This document shows, piece by piece, positions 35,905 through 48,895 of a DNA stretch of 64,000 nucleotides. The translations under genes were made by a program, and so were the position numbers. Where the stretch lies: the NCBI RefSeq assembly GCF_018350175.1, contig NC_058373.1, positions 114,020,001 through 114,084,000 of the forward strand, given 5' to 3'. Position 1 is the stretch's first letter; each line of letters opens with the position of its first letter. A model generated the notes under the pieces. It did no database searches, was not told the origin of the DNA, and saw only the letters and a list, made by a program, of their open reading frames with translations. This DNA is from Felis catus. Lineage: Eukaryota.

Positions 35905-36680
35905 CAGACATTGCAAGCTTGGTGGGAATGAGTCCTATATGGCTCATAATTATGTTCACTTGTATGTTTAAAAAATTTTTTAATTAAACTAACATTTTAA
36001 AATCTGTAGATTATACTTAAAACATGGACTTCTGGCTTCTCTTTTAAAAGTCAAAAGATGTGGCTGACTATGAACTCATATTGTCACATGATAACAATAG
36101 CTAGAGCGAGACAGGGTCTGCAGCCTTGAGGTCATGGATGGATTGTCTCATTCACCACAGTCTCCTCTACTCCCCACCATCTCCTGATACTTAATATTAA
36201 GCACAAAGCAGAGTAATGGTCACCTAGGGCTGAGGGACAGCAAAGAGGGGCTTGAGGCTTATATAGTTAAGGGGCATGGGGTTTCTTTTTGAGGCAATGA
36301 AGTGTTCTAAAGTGGGTTGTAGTGATGCTTGAACAACTGCGAAGATGGTAAAAACCATTGAACTGTACACTTTGGGTGGATTGCATGATGTGTGAATTAT
36401 CTCAAAAAAGCTGTTTTACAAAAATGCAAAAAAGAAAAGAACAATCAGTTGCTATTGCCTTTGCAGGGTTGGTTTTCTTATAAGAGAAAGTATTTCTCTG
36501 TTAATACGTCTCTGTCAAACTGGGGAAAATGAAAGACGAGAGGATTGTGTATTTCAAGAAGAATGGAAGAGAGAGTGTATCACTTTGTGGTAGTAAAGAA
36601 TTCCTGTATTTTAAGATGCAAACACCTGGCCTCTTTATTAATGGACCTTACCTTTCTAGCCACTGAAGGCACTTAGGTGG
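35905..36680 (+). mobile_element. Charlie8/MER102-like hAT element, interrupted by L1
   Basis: 5' part ggacttctggcttctcttttaaaagtcaaaagatgtggc; degenerate transposase start VFQEEWKR..YHFVVVKN..LRCK (36549-36622); 3' part ttacctttctagccactgaaggcactt. Confidence 0.7.
36204..36438 (+). mobile_element. L1 3' end (L1MB-like)
   Basis: ggggtttctttttgaggcaatgaagtgttctaaa...aaaaccattgaactgtacacttt...tgtgaattatctcaaaaaagctg followed by an A-rich tail. Confidence 0.85.
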
Positions 36681-36859
36681 TAGGAGAAAAATTTGTCATG
36701 GCCCATACCCTGAGGTCCACCCACAACTAGGAAGAGAGAGAGAAGAGTAGCAGAGAAGGAAAAGAATACTCCACTTGGTCCAGTAGAAGCAGTATGCCAA
36801 AGGAGGGGGAAGCTTTATCAACTGCTGACAAGAGGTCAAGGATAATGGGGACAGAGAAG

Positions 36860-37045
36860 TCAGGAGGTTACGGGAGACCACCCAGTGAGAATGCTTAGAG
36901 AAATGGGGCCAGAGAGAGACACAGACGCAGATGACAAAGTGCCCTGGATGCATTGTTCAGGAGTTAGTATTTCTCCTCAGTACAGTGGGCTGCTGGTGGA
37001 GTTTAGGTAAGGGAGTGATGTGATCACATGAGCACAGTCTAGATC
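36860..37045 (-). mobile_element. L2 remnant
   Basis: cagatgacaaagtgccctgg...aggagttagtatttctcct...gtttaggtaagggagtgatgtgatcacat. Confidence 0.6.
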
Positions 37046-37246
37046 GTGTGTTTTCCAAATAAATTTGTATATGTTTTAAATTATGTGCATAATGAAGCAA
37101 GGTCACCCTAAACTTTGTGCTTTCCTATGCTAAATTCTTCATTCTGAAACTCCCAGGCTTGTTGAGGTCCCAGTCGTTGATTTCTATTTAATTCATTCCT
37201 GTGCCTGCTTGAACCAGAGAAAATGTATGGTTGGTGTTATCTAACC

Positions 37247-37421
37247 CAGGGGCTTTCAATCTCAGCACTATTATGTTTGGGGATGGATAACTCTCTGTTA
37301 TGGGGGCCTGTCCTCTGTCTTACAGGGTGTTTGGCAACATCACCAGCCTCTGCCCTCTAGATGCCAGTAGCTCTTCCACTTAGATATTGCCAACAAAATC
37401 ACCTCCAGCCTAGAACCACAG
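37247..37421 (-). mobile_element. MER20
   Basis: ctcagcactatt...ggataactctctgttatggggg...gtgtttggcaacatcaccagcctctgccctctagatgccagtagc is the reverse complement of MER20. Confidence 0.85.
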
Positions 37422-40400
37422 ACCCACCTTCATCTGCCATAATATTTGGGCTCAGGAGTGTTAGACCATGCAAAGTTGATAAAACCACCCTGAAAGATGA
37501 CTGGTCCAGAAAAGAAGACCAATTCCTACTCCAGACTGAGAGGTGAAAATCAAATGATACAGTAAGCAGGCAATGAATGAGAAGGTCAAGACTTCGTGTG
37601 GATTTAGCTAATTCAGTGGACTTCAGCCTCTTTGTTCTTAGTCTCCTCATTTAAAAGATATGGCATCTTGTGGATATAAGGCAAACTGAATGTCTCACTC
37701 TGCCCCCTAGAGCTAAGATTCCTCCCATGTCCCAGGGCCAAAGTGCGCACAGGAATTCAGAGGAGATCTCAAGATGTGCCAGATATGATGGGGGCCTGGC
37801 TTCTAAGTGGTGGGACTCATGAGCCTGCCTCTAAGGAGGAACAAGAGGAGGAGAGCAGGAATAGTTTCTGGTGACATCAAGAGAGATCCGCGAAGCTCTG
37901 GAGATGTAAGGTAGCTGAAGCTCAACCTGGAGTAGACTAGAAACTCAGATGAATACTTCAGCTCCTCTCCTTTATAGGAAAGTCTTAGAAGGTGAAAAAA
38001 TGTTTCTCTGGGGATAAGGATGTCTAAAACAGATGAGACATGAAATGGTTAGATCTTCCAGAGTTCTCTTCTGGGTGTGTGTGTGCAGGGGTTGGAAGGG
38101 CAAAGGAATTTTATACATATATTCCACCATTTCTACATTGATTAGGAAAATTGAGTTAAGACTCTTGTCAAGCTAAAAAAGTCTTACAACTCTGTTAAAC
38201 TAAGACTATTTCATAACTGGCTCTTATTCTATGTAGTAGCATTATGCCTTTTTACTGTGGATGTTGAGTGGCTCGATTTATTACTAGCAATGGCTCCAAG
38301 CTGCCTTGCATGCAATCTCTTACTGATATATAACTCTGTTATCTTTTAGCCCAGTGGTGGTCGCTTTCTCTGAGGCTGAAGGAAATTCATGCTGGTTTTT
38401 ATTTTTAGTCTCATGTTCCTTAACCCCTCTGCTTCTTCCCTAATTTGTCAACTTTTGTGGTAATGAACTGAGCCCCCCAGTCGTCTCTAAGCAATGAGCA
38501 ATGACTGGACTTTTGTTTATGTGAAACACCATTACAAGAAAGGGCATTCATGGTCATGGCTTTGCCCTGTTTCATTTCAGGCCCTTCTGGATCCAGCTGT
38601 GTGACGGCTGCCCTAGGAAACACCTGGAGTCACAGTGTGAACACCCGGCTGATTTTCCAGTACCTTGGTTCAGAGAGAAGACAGGTGAGTGCTTTGGCGA
38701 TGTATTCTGACTGTCAAGGTCAGACAACAAGATGTACTTAGCAATATGAGTGTTCATCTTCTGAAAGCACTGGCCACGTTGTCTGTCCTGGGCCAACACT
38801 GTCAGGGGTAGGTAAAGATAGCAGTTACAATGAAGTGGGAAAGAAGCCACTCACAGGAAACCATGTCTAAAAACAGAGCCCATTGAGTTAACATGCCTCC
38901 TGATATTTGCCAGTGGCTTGTAAGTGACCAAGGTCCACCCCTCTAGGGGTCTCAAACTCTCCATCTCTAAAAGGTGAATGATCATTTTACTTAGCTGGTG
39001 TTTGTTGAGGACTAGATAATTTGTGTACAAATTAAATAGTGATGGTGCTTTTTCTTGAGGTTAGTATGTTTGAAAACTGTAGGCCAGACAGATTCTGCCA
39101 CATGATTAAACCATTCCCCAGACCCTGGTTGTTTGTGCATTAACTCCTAAACCAGTAGGTTCCAGTACTGAAGGATGCTAGAGAGACCCCCAAAAGGATG
39201 ATAGCTCTCTCAGAGCTCCCTATGTAGGGTTTCTATCCTGGCCTCAAGTAAGATTTCCCCACCTTCCATCCAGAAAGGTTACTTTCTACCCTGTTCTTAA
39301 TCTTCTCTTTTACTCTGAAGGAAGTGACACCACAGTCTGACCCCTTTGCTCAAATATTTCATAATTAGGGAACTTATTTTTCCCAGTGTCTAACAGCAGC
39401 TTTACTCTATTGTGTAGACCAGGTTCTAGCATGACCTCTCCCACAAGCAGGAGAAGGAAGAAGACAGGGTGATTGTTATGATTTGCTGGATGGGGCAAAA
39501 TTCAGAACCCAGATTTGCCCATCTTGCTGATTATATTACAACCCAAGTTATTAACTAAAGAGGCATGAAATATCACGCTGGTGGTCCTTTCTGGGGGAGG
39601 TGGCAGGGAGTTGTTGCCCTTTACCTGCATTAGGTAAATTGGCTCTCTTTCAAGGAGTCAGGAATCATCAGAAACAGACCTGAGCCTTTGCCTGTTCCAG
39701 ACCTAACTTTCCAAGTGCCCTCGGTTACAGACCAGAGGATTCTTCTTGGTTTGCTTGGGACTGTGTAAATAACATTCCAGCTTGATGATTGAGTCAGCCA
39801 TGTTCTGAGAAGATGGAGCTGCTTGTTTTCATTTAGGGAAACATTCTTAAGTTTTCAGGCCCTGGCGTGCTCATTACCTCAGTGATACCTTTTCCCCGAT
39901 GATTCAAGTATCCTGGGTTCTGAATCCATTACTTCTCTTTTCAGTGGAACATATCCAAGGATGTTCCTGTGGAACCTAATGACCTTTGGTTTGTACCCTA
40001 TGTTATAAATTATGTTAAATAGACCCCGTTTGCAGCTATCAGGGATATCATTAAGGATTGTCAAGCACTACTACCTGCATTCTTATTTGAGGAAGCAAAA
40101 GTCCTTGTGAATCAGTGTTAAATCCATTCATTTTCATGGATCTTTAACTCCTCTCCTTGACAATGTGTAGTTTATCTCTCTTTTAGGTTTTAGATGGCAT
40201 ACATTGATTTTGTGATGTAGTCTATTGTATGTGGAATCATGGATTCCAGGCTCCCAGATCCTGTTTTTACCAATTCTAGCTAGCATTTATTAGTAAATAT
40301 TTTTTCTTTTCCTTTTGTTTTAATAAATTAACCAGTCATTTCCATGTTTTTAATGTCAACAGGAAGTGGCTGGTAGGACAAATGCTATTATTTTATGTCT

Positions 40401-41684
40401 CTTTAGTAACTGCAGGGTTTTGGTGGCCCTCGGTTCTTGGCTTGTGAGGTCAAATACAAGCTACTAGTCACAAGAACGAGGAGCACAGCATGGATGGATC
40501 AGTGACGGTCTATCAACTCATATCCTATCAAATGAGTCAGTGGTGTTATCTTAATCTACAAAGAACAACATGTTACTTTCATTGCTAATCAATCAAGAGC
40601 AGAGTTAAATGCTTTTGAATGATGTTTTCACACACAAATTAGTAAAATATGTACATAAAACAGTAAAATATAATAAAATGCTGTAGCAAAGTAAAATATG
40701 ACCAGCATTAAAATGGCCAACCCAGGCAAGAGAACTTATACTTAATCAATCTCTAGAAATGTGCATGCCTTTGGGGACCAGTCCTTCAATTTGTGGCCTA
40801 ATAACTAGGATAAAATTTGATAGAGAAAACATCTCTCTCTCTCTGATGAACTTATATTGCATTAGTAGAAGGTGTGCATTATGAGACACTGAGCCTTTCC
40901 TGTAGTCTTACTTCATGACAAAGTAGAGAGCCATATGAAGATAAACCTTTTCTGGGATCTGTGCACAAAACAGTGGCTTAAACTAGTCTTTAAGGCAATT
41001 GTTCCAAATAGTACTTCCTTAAAACACTACTTAGTAGGGGAACATGCTTAGATCATTCTAGCGTTGGCAGATCTATGGAACACCAACCACTAGGAGAAGA
41101 TACCAGGCATAGCTCTCCCAACCCCCACCAATGCACAGAGGCCACTACACCAAGGGATCAAGGACACGGAATGAGGATTATGTTTTATACCGTTTCTATG
41201 ACATTGAGCTCTACACCAGGGCTCTTGAATGTGAGGCTTAGTCTGAGATCACAGGGCTGGAAGGAGGTCAGGTCAAACTGAGCAGCTCTTCAAGCCGATT
41301 AAACCAAGAGCTGAATTGTAAAGTCCAAGGGAAGGAGTCCTCCCTGGCTGATTATTTTCTTTACACCCTGGAAACTTTGTAAAATTATATAACCAAAAAA
41401 GAAATCTCCTTATCAGGGCACAAGCCGAGTTAATTCTCTTGTTTATTCTGCTTCAGTGTTTGCAAAAACCCTCTTAAGAAACTGGGAAACATTTTCTTTT
41501 GGACTAATTTAGTTTTTTTTCCATTTGACTTTTATTTACTCTTTTTCGAGTCTGCTTCAATCCTGCCCCACCCTTTTTGCAACATTTTTATTCTTTCCAA
41601 AGACATATCTTTAAAGTAGAATTAAAGTGGCTTCTACTAGGTTTTTTTTCTCTTTTAGTATTTTGAGTTTTTTTTTTTTTTTTT

Positions 41685-41990
41685 AATAATCAAAAATATG
41701 TTTCTGGTCCACCATGTACATGGCATGGGGATGCAAAGAAGGAGAAGACACAGTTCCTGCCTTCAAGGTCCTTCTGGTCTCGTATGAGAGCTGATACATG
41801 TGTGCACACTCATAAACAATCAAAACGAAGTGCAGGAGTTCAAGAACAAACTAATATCGAAGTACTGTCACAAGGCAGTGTTTGATTTGTTACCTAATAA
41901 GTGGTGAAAATGGTACCTGCTTTGAATCCAGAGCAAGGTAAACTCATCAGAGGCACATTGGTCTTTTTAGAAGGTGGTAGGGCTTGAGTA
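41685..41990 (-). mobile_element. L2 3' remnant
   Basis: ccaccatgtacatggcatggggatgcaaag...aagacacagttcctgccttcaagg. Confidence 0.65.
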
Positions 41991-42001
41991 TCACTTTAAA
42001 T

Positions 42002-42183
42002 CAGTATTTCTCAAGCCTGGCTGCACTTTAGACTCATCACGGGAGCATTTACAAAATACCAACACTAGAACCCCACCCTGACCAATTAAATCAAAATCTG
42101 TGCCGATGGGGCTGGGCACAACTATTTATTTGTAAAGCTCTCTCAAGTAGATTCTACTGTGCAGCCAAGGCTGAAAACCGGTG
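42002..42183 (+). mobile_element. MER5B/MER5A1-like, full length
   Basis: cagtatttctcaagcctggctgcac...ccccaccctgaccaattaaatca...gtgcagccaaggctgaaaaccggtg; 8-bp TSD ctttaaat / ccttaaat. Confidence 0.88.
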
Positions 42184-42940
42184 CCTTAAATAGATAAATG
42201 TCTGTTACAGAGAAAAGAAAGGGAAGATTTAGGGTAAAGAGGAACAGCAAAAGAAGGCAAATCACACATTCAGAAGGCACAGGTTGGGGTTTGGCCCTGT
42301 CACAAGAGCAGAGGGTCTGTGCCCTCATTCACTTGACACCTCATTCACTAGTCACCATGTAAGATGCCAGAGATTCAAAATAGGAGTAAGTTGATGCCCT
42401 GAAGTTGTTCACAGTCTACTGGGGAAAGAGGTGTCGGTGTGAATGGTCCATGCCACAGGGCATGATGAGTTCGGTGAGCTTGGAGGAGAGGGCGGGCCCC
42501 ACTGCAGAGAAGGTTCTGTGGGGGTTGTTGAGGCCACAGCATGCACAACGGATGGGCTGAGACCTTCCTTCAGGAGGCACTTGCAGTGACCATGCGGGCT
42601 GCCATGAGGGGCTGGAAAAGCTGAAGTAAGGGTGCTAATACTTGAAAAGAAGATGAAAAACTTGATGAAACATTCATACTATTTCTCATCAAATCATCAT
42701 GAAGTCCATTCCTACAAACCACATATGGGGATTATACAAATTTTTCAGTGCCCTGGAAGAAGTAATGAAGTAAATTAATCCCAACTAAAGCTTCACACCC
42801 TCTTGATGAAATATTATGACTCTCTCATTTCAACGAACGGGGAAGAGGTGACATATAGGAGGCTTATTTAAAAGGATTTTATAATAATATTTTCGTCCTT
42901 TATATAGCAGTCACCTGGAAGTTAAAGAACACTTGAGGAA

Positions 42941-43058
42941 GAGGCACCTGGATGGCTCAGGTCAGTTAAGTGTCCGACTCTCAGTTTCCCCTCAGGTCAT
43001 GATCTCATGGTTTCATGAGTTGGAGCCCTCTATACTGACAGTGTGGAGCCTGCTTGGG

Positions 43059-43098
<40 letters not shown>

Positions 43099-43156
43099 CT
43101 TCCTCTGCTCATGCTGTCTCTCTCTCAAAATAAGTAAACTTAAAAAAAAAATAAAG
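42941..43156 (+). mobile_element. CAN-SINE
   Basis: SINEC with a (CT)n tract; TSD aagaacacttgaggaa / aagaacacttgggggaa. Confidence 0.96.
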
Positions 43157-43349
43157 AAGAACACTTGGGGGAAGAGCCTAAAGTACCCAGTAAATTGTTG
43201 ACAAGACCAGTAACACTACTCAGGCTCCTGATCCCTACTGGAATCCTTAGGTTTTCCTCAAGGTCCCAGGTTGTTTTGCATTTTGGAAGTATTTAGTGTC
43301 CCCTTCCTGGTGATATAATTCTTCTCTCAGTATCCACTTTGTGTTTTAA

Positions 43350-43571
43350 AAGACTCAAACACCATCACTGTGAAGACTTCCTGACACCCAGCCTTAATCA
43401 GCCCCCTTTCCCTCAGTTTTGCCCACAAATGCACTTAGTACTTATCTCTGTTCTTACGTGAGTGAAACCCAGATTGCCAACCCCTTGAGCACTGTGACTG
43501 AATCTTATTTGTGTACCCTCAGAGGCAGAACAATGCTTGACACTTATACATTCAATACATTTATTTTGAAA

Positions 43572-43572
<1 letters not shown>
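43350..43572 (+). mobile_element. L2 3' end
   Basis: ctgtgaagacttcctgacaccc...tcttatttgtgtaccctcag...agaacaatgcttgacac...ttcaatacattt. Confidence 0.65.

Positions 43573-43574
<2 letters not shown>

Positions 43575-43616
<42 letters not shown>
43575..43616. repeat. (AG)21 microsatellite
   Basis: Directly visible. Confidence 0.98.
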
Positions 43617-43620
<4 letters not shown>

Positions 43621-44405
43621 TCCTATCTATGCATGAACCCAGTCTTAAGGAAGAAAGCCATATAGCTTATTTGGAATCACTCTTCCCCATAAGAATTGAG
43701 TTACGTAGCTTAATAGTTCCCTTAAAGTGCCAGTGACTGTCAGTTAAAAAGGTTGGCATCAGACCTTGACGATTATAGCAGATACTTATAAAGAAGTGCT
43801 GTACAAAGACTGAATATAGGAATATCTTTTTGTGGAACCAGCCTCCTGGGGGCTCTGGGAGAGTGGTAGCCAGGCTTCCTTTGAAATCCTAGTTGGAATA
43901 TTCCACTGTGTAAGCAAACCTGAGCCCTAAACACGGACCCAGATTGAGTGAGGGAGAGGGGCTCCACAGCTGCTTTAAGGGAACAGGCAGCATGGGGTCT
44001 TTGGCTGAGGGAAAGGATAAGAAATCTTTGTTGCCATCTTCCACGAGTCATGAGTTCTGCTATCTGTGCTTGGATAGGCTTATTGGAGGGCTGACTAACT
44101 AAAGAGATGAGAAATCTTTTCTCCCAGATAAGCTGAAGTGTAGGTTTGGGGCAAGAATGTCACGCATACAATCATATTCACCCAAAGAAAGACATTGAAG
44201 AGGATGTTTTACCTCATAGAATCAGTTTTATGTCTCACTACTTGCAGATTCCTCCAGAGGAACTCAGGCTTAGTTGCCCTCACTCAAAAATGAGTGAAAT
44301 GGTTATTCATTTCTCTTTGTAAAATGGTTCCAGGTCATTGTGTTTGTTCTATTTCTATCTCAGCCTGTCTGCTGTTTTTAGGCAAGGAGGACATGGAGGG
44401 CAGGA

Positions 44406-44408
<3 letters not shown>

Positions 44409-44452
<44 letters not shown>
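44409..44452. repeat. (GT)22 microsatellite
   Basis: Directly visible. Confidence 0.98.
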
Positions 44453-44454
<2 letters not shown>

Positions 44455-46076
44455 CCAACCAGAGGAGAGGTTTGGCTGCAGGGGTGGGAGAAATTTCTTT
44501 TTAAACATAAATGTCTGCAGAAATAGCAAAAGGAACATAGAATCCCAGCCAGGTACATTGCCTTGGGTATAAATGTTACATCCCTTTTCAGAGCTGCTCA
44601 AGTGTGAAATCTAACCCCTGCCCACACTCTTCCATCAGAAGTGCTCTAACAGGTATTGAACAGATTGGGAAAATATACAAAAGCAGAACCCAGAATGGTG
44701 ACTTTTAAAAGGACTCTTTTTTTTCAGGTCACCGGGCAAATATATTAAAATCTGAGGAAATCCTACCTGAAATTATGCAGTAACAGCAAATGAATGCAGT
44801 GAGCTAAGACTCAGAGCATAAAGACAAGCTCCATCTGAAAAAGGACAACATAGACACCCAAGGGGACACTTCCTGGTTCTGTCTCCACATTTAAGATAGG
44901 AATATCAATGCCTCTCCCACCACCTACAAAAAAAAACAAACTTCATTGGACTCCCTCTGGAAAAACTCAACGTACTCAAAAATATCACTACCTCTGAATG
45001 GGCTCAAGTAGATAAAACTTTCCCTTGAGGGGGTTCCATTGGAAATTGACAGTTAAAAATTCATTAATACAGTTGCTGCCATGTTTCTGATGGGGGTTTC
45101 CCTTGGCCATGATAGACAATGTACCTTTGCTGAGGGGCAAAGTCAGTTTTTCCTAAGGAGATTTTGAGCCACATGGAGTCAAGAAAAATCAAAATCAAAA
45201 TCAAAACAAAACAAGGCGGGAGACCATCATGGGGTTTTTAATGTCATTTTTTAGCAAGTGGAGTTACAAAATTAAGTGTTATCATCATTTCAAAAAGGAA
45301 AAGCTACTTGCACACCAAAAAAATAGAAAAGACATTATCTATGAATAAAGAATAGTACTGTAAATCAAATATATTTGCTTTCATGGAGGAATTACCACAT
45401 GTCCTTCTCTCTTTGAGGATCACCATCTCTGACCATCAGGGGCTGAGTGACTGATCCACTCACAGAGTGTTTAGGCGTCTTTCCCTTTACTGAGCCACTC
45501 ATCTTACCAGTATTTTATCACCCCTGTCATTCTCCTCTAGCTCTGACTAGTTTTATTTTTACACACTGTCTGGTACCAAATCCCCTTATGCATGCAGTGA
45601 CCCTTCCAGCTCTAACTCCCTAAGTAAGTAAACCAGGGCAAATATGTGAATGAGAGATTTCCAGAGAAATCTCAGCTGTTGCAGGAAGTGAAAGAGACAC
45701 AGGGCTTTGGAACCAAACTGAAGACCTTGTTGTCGGCTAGGGAAGAGAAGTGTTTTCAGTTGGGAAACAACATAGGAAATAGCTATGAGATCTCTTGGAC
45801 AAGGCAGTGACCTGGGAGTCAAGGACACTGAAATGCATTTGGCTCATTTGAGAATGAAGGTTGGACAGGATGTTGTATTTTGGCTTTGGTTAGCTATGAC
45901 TGAGAAGAAAATGGGGCAACATCTTTGGTTAGGAAAAGCAAAGGGGAGAGAAGAATTTAAGAGCTACATAAACTACGAACTGATTTACAAATGAACCAGT
46001 GCTTTCACTTAGAACAAAGGCGTTTAGGATACAACAATGTTCCATCTGAGATTGCCTCCTAGAGATGATCTTATCC

Positions 46077-46214
46077 AGTGATGTTCAACTACAGCAAGCT
46101 TAAGAATCACAGGTGTTTGTTAATGATGCTTCCTAGGCCCTGCCCCAGTGACCCTTCAGCAAGAGCAAGCACTTCCGGTGATTCTCACAAGGGTGGTCCT
46201 CAGAACCACACTGT
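46077..46214. mobile_element. MER5-family remnant
   Basis: cagtgatgttcaact...taagaatcac...tttgttaa...cctaggccctgccccag...ggtgattctc...ggtggtcc...accacactg. Confidence 0.6.
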
Positions 46215-46219
46215 ATTCT

Positions 46220-46363
46220 GGCCATTTCATTTTACAGATGGGGGTAAGCAATTTGAGGTTAAGTGATTTATTCAGGGTTGCACAAGTAATAAGTGGCAGA
46301 AATGGAACTGGAATTAAATTCTCCTAATTCCTAATCTGTTGCTATTTTCACTTTACTGTGCTG
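46220..46363 (-). mobile_element. MIR remnant
   Basis: tcattttacagatgggg...gaggttaagtgattt...cacaagtaataagtggcaga. Confidence 0.8.
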
Positions 46364-46504
46364 ACTTTTAATAGGAAAACTTTGGGCAAAAATGTCCCCT
46401 AGCCCAATCAAATTACTGGGTTTGCAGGCAAAGTGGTATTTATATCCTCTAAAACTTTCAGTGGCTTATAAAGAGGTTCTACAGAATTCTGCCAAAAAAA
46501 AAAT

Positions 46505-46528
46505 TATATATATATATATATATATATA
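46505..46528. repeat. (TA)12 microsatellite
   Basis: Directly visible. Confidence 0.9.
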
Positions 46529-47074
46529 AAGGCATCATCCCACCCCACATTGCGATGAATTACCAGATGAAAGTCAGCATTTTAAGCTCTTTGGTCCAGA
46601 CATGTGAATACTTGACTTTTTCTGAGTTGGACTTCACAGTGAGTGTGGACTTCCCAGCTGAATGACTCTTTATAGACAACATCCTGCAAACAAGGCTGTC
46701 TTCTCTGCCCCTCTCCCACAAATGGTCACTTGTGCTCATGGAGGGTCACCCTTAGTCTTGAGCTTCATGTTGCCTATCTCATAGGCTAAAGGCATATGAT
46801 GGCTTGGGAAGCTTGGAGTTTTCTGGTCTTTTGTTTGCCTGGTCTTCTTGGCATGAGAGAAGCTTTGTGATTATCATATTTTTTAACCTTTTCATCTTTA
46901 TTTTACAAAAGTCAAAGTGGAACAGAGGGAAGGAGGCAGCCATGTGGAGACCTGTTTCCTGCCATCTCAGGGTCCTACAGTTTGGTAGTGAAGAGCATCC
47001 TTGCTCAGACCCAGTGCTCCAGGCAACACTAATGTAAAGCCCTTTTCATTGTCTCAGAAGGGAAGGGGGTTAGT

Positions 47075-47295
47075 CTTTATTGCTTACTGATGGTTGCAGG
47101 CATCATGTTTGATCTTTTTACATGCATTATTTGCGCTGACCCAACAAGCCTTTAACATAGATGGTATAGTCTCCTTTTTACAAATAGAGAAACTGAGCAA
47201 AGAGGATAAATAACTTGTATTCAGTGGTAGTATCAAGATTTGAAACCAAGTCTGTTTAACTTCCAGGCCTAAGTCTTTTTGCTATACCATGTCCT
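47075..47295 (-). mobile_element. MIR remnant
   Basis: tttattgcttact...ttttacaaatagagaaactgag...aagatttgaaaccaagtctg...ttgctataccat. Confidence 0.75.
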
Positions 47296-48719
47296 CTGAG
47301 ATGTAGGCACTTTTTCTTTTTTTTTTAATTTAGGAATCAAATGAAGTGCTGGAAAGTGAGGCCTTGCCTTAGTGATGATTCTTCTGGCTTGCAATGAATG
47401 GTCCTTATTATCTTCCTCGCCAATTTTTCCCCAAGGATGACTGGATCTAGAATGTCATTTAGCTTACCTCCAAAGCTTACCGAATTACATATTAGAACAG
47501 CACCTCCCACCCTGGGGCCAGGGACATTAGGAAGGCGATGATGAGCTGCTTCTTGCTTTCTTTCCTCTTGCTCTTGCCATTATTTGGCTGAGAAATCCTC
47601 CTGGCATGTGACTGTGATTCAGAACTGCTCCTTGCCCTGTCTGTGTGTGTGATTTGAATAGCACAGCTTGTCACACATGTGGCTGAAGCAGATCCAGCTT
47701 GGAGAATTCGTCATGTGGTTGCTGTTGCCAGGGGAGTATGCTCGCTCAAGCGGTGCACTGCCCGGGCCTGTGGTCTCTGCTTCTCCCCAGGGTCCGCTGT
47801 GGCTAAGAGGGTCATAACATGGTACAATGCTGGTTTGTGTTTCAACCTGATTGGGGCAGTAGGTGCGGTGGGGCTTCAGACCCTTCCAAAATTGTAATGG
47901 CTTACAAAATTAGGTGTAGGGGGATGGGAAGCAGACAAAGGATTTACACGATGGAGGTGTGAGGAAAAACAAATCAAATATACCTCTAGAATTGTTTGAA
48001 TTTTGGTAAGTCTGATTATGTTACCATAACATTTTATGATATGCTAAACATTATCTAATGCATGATTGGTTGTCAACTGCCATATAAATGATTGAGCTTT
48101 CCTAATTTCTGCTGCTGTAAATAATTTGGAATTTTCAGTTACCATAGGATTGACGTATTCAGTCTTTCCTTCTCTCAGCCTTCCTCTTGCCCTGTTGCTC
48201 TTCCCTCCACACTTTCTCCCTGCCTCCCACCCCATAACCTTCCATGGATTTTTAAATCAATGGCCCCTGGCAACTGCCTTTGAGTTCAAATGTTTGAAGC
48301 AGACATTTTCCACAGAGGGTATCTTTCTGAAAGTTTCCCTTCTTGACTTGGCAGAGCTTAAGAATTCTGGCATCTAGGACAAAGAGCATGTGTGCTTGAG
48401 TCTTGGACCCTTGTTTTATTGTTACCAAAGGGACTATGATTTTGAGAACACCTTTAGAGAGCCAAGCTACAGTGGCTGTACCCCACCGCCTACTTGCTGA
48501 ATCCTTAACTCAGAATTGGCAAGGAGAGATTGAGCTGGGATTATGATCCGTGACTCTAAGTAACAGAATTCTCTGAATGTCAAACCTCTAGAACGAGGTT
48601 CATTGTTATCAACCTTAAAAAGTTAGAACAGAGGCACCTGGTATATCTGGGAAGGATTAAGAACATATCACCCAAAGCCCCTACAGCCCTGGATTTCTCA
48701 TTTCTCTGCTCTGTCTACC

Positions 48720-48895
48720 TAACCATTTACTGAGAGTTTCCTTTGTGCCGACTACTCTGCTAAGTGCATTCTGGGCATTTTCTTGTTCAAGCCTCACAAC
48801 TACCCTATGAGCCGTATATTTCTAGGCATCCTTCATAGATGAGTACATTGAAGTTTATAAACTTCAAAAAAATTGCTCTGAATCACACAACTTCT
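48720..48895 (-). mobile_element. MIR remnant
   Basis: aaccatttactgag...tgtgcc...ctgctaagtgc...cctcacaactaccctatgag...atagatgagtacattga. Confidence 0.75.

Noticed and set aside
47535..47595. C/D box snoRNA (ATGATGA ... CTGA)
   Set aside because: Short, no terminal stem and no recognisable guide sequence
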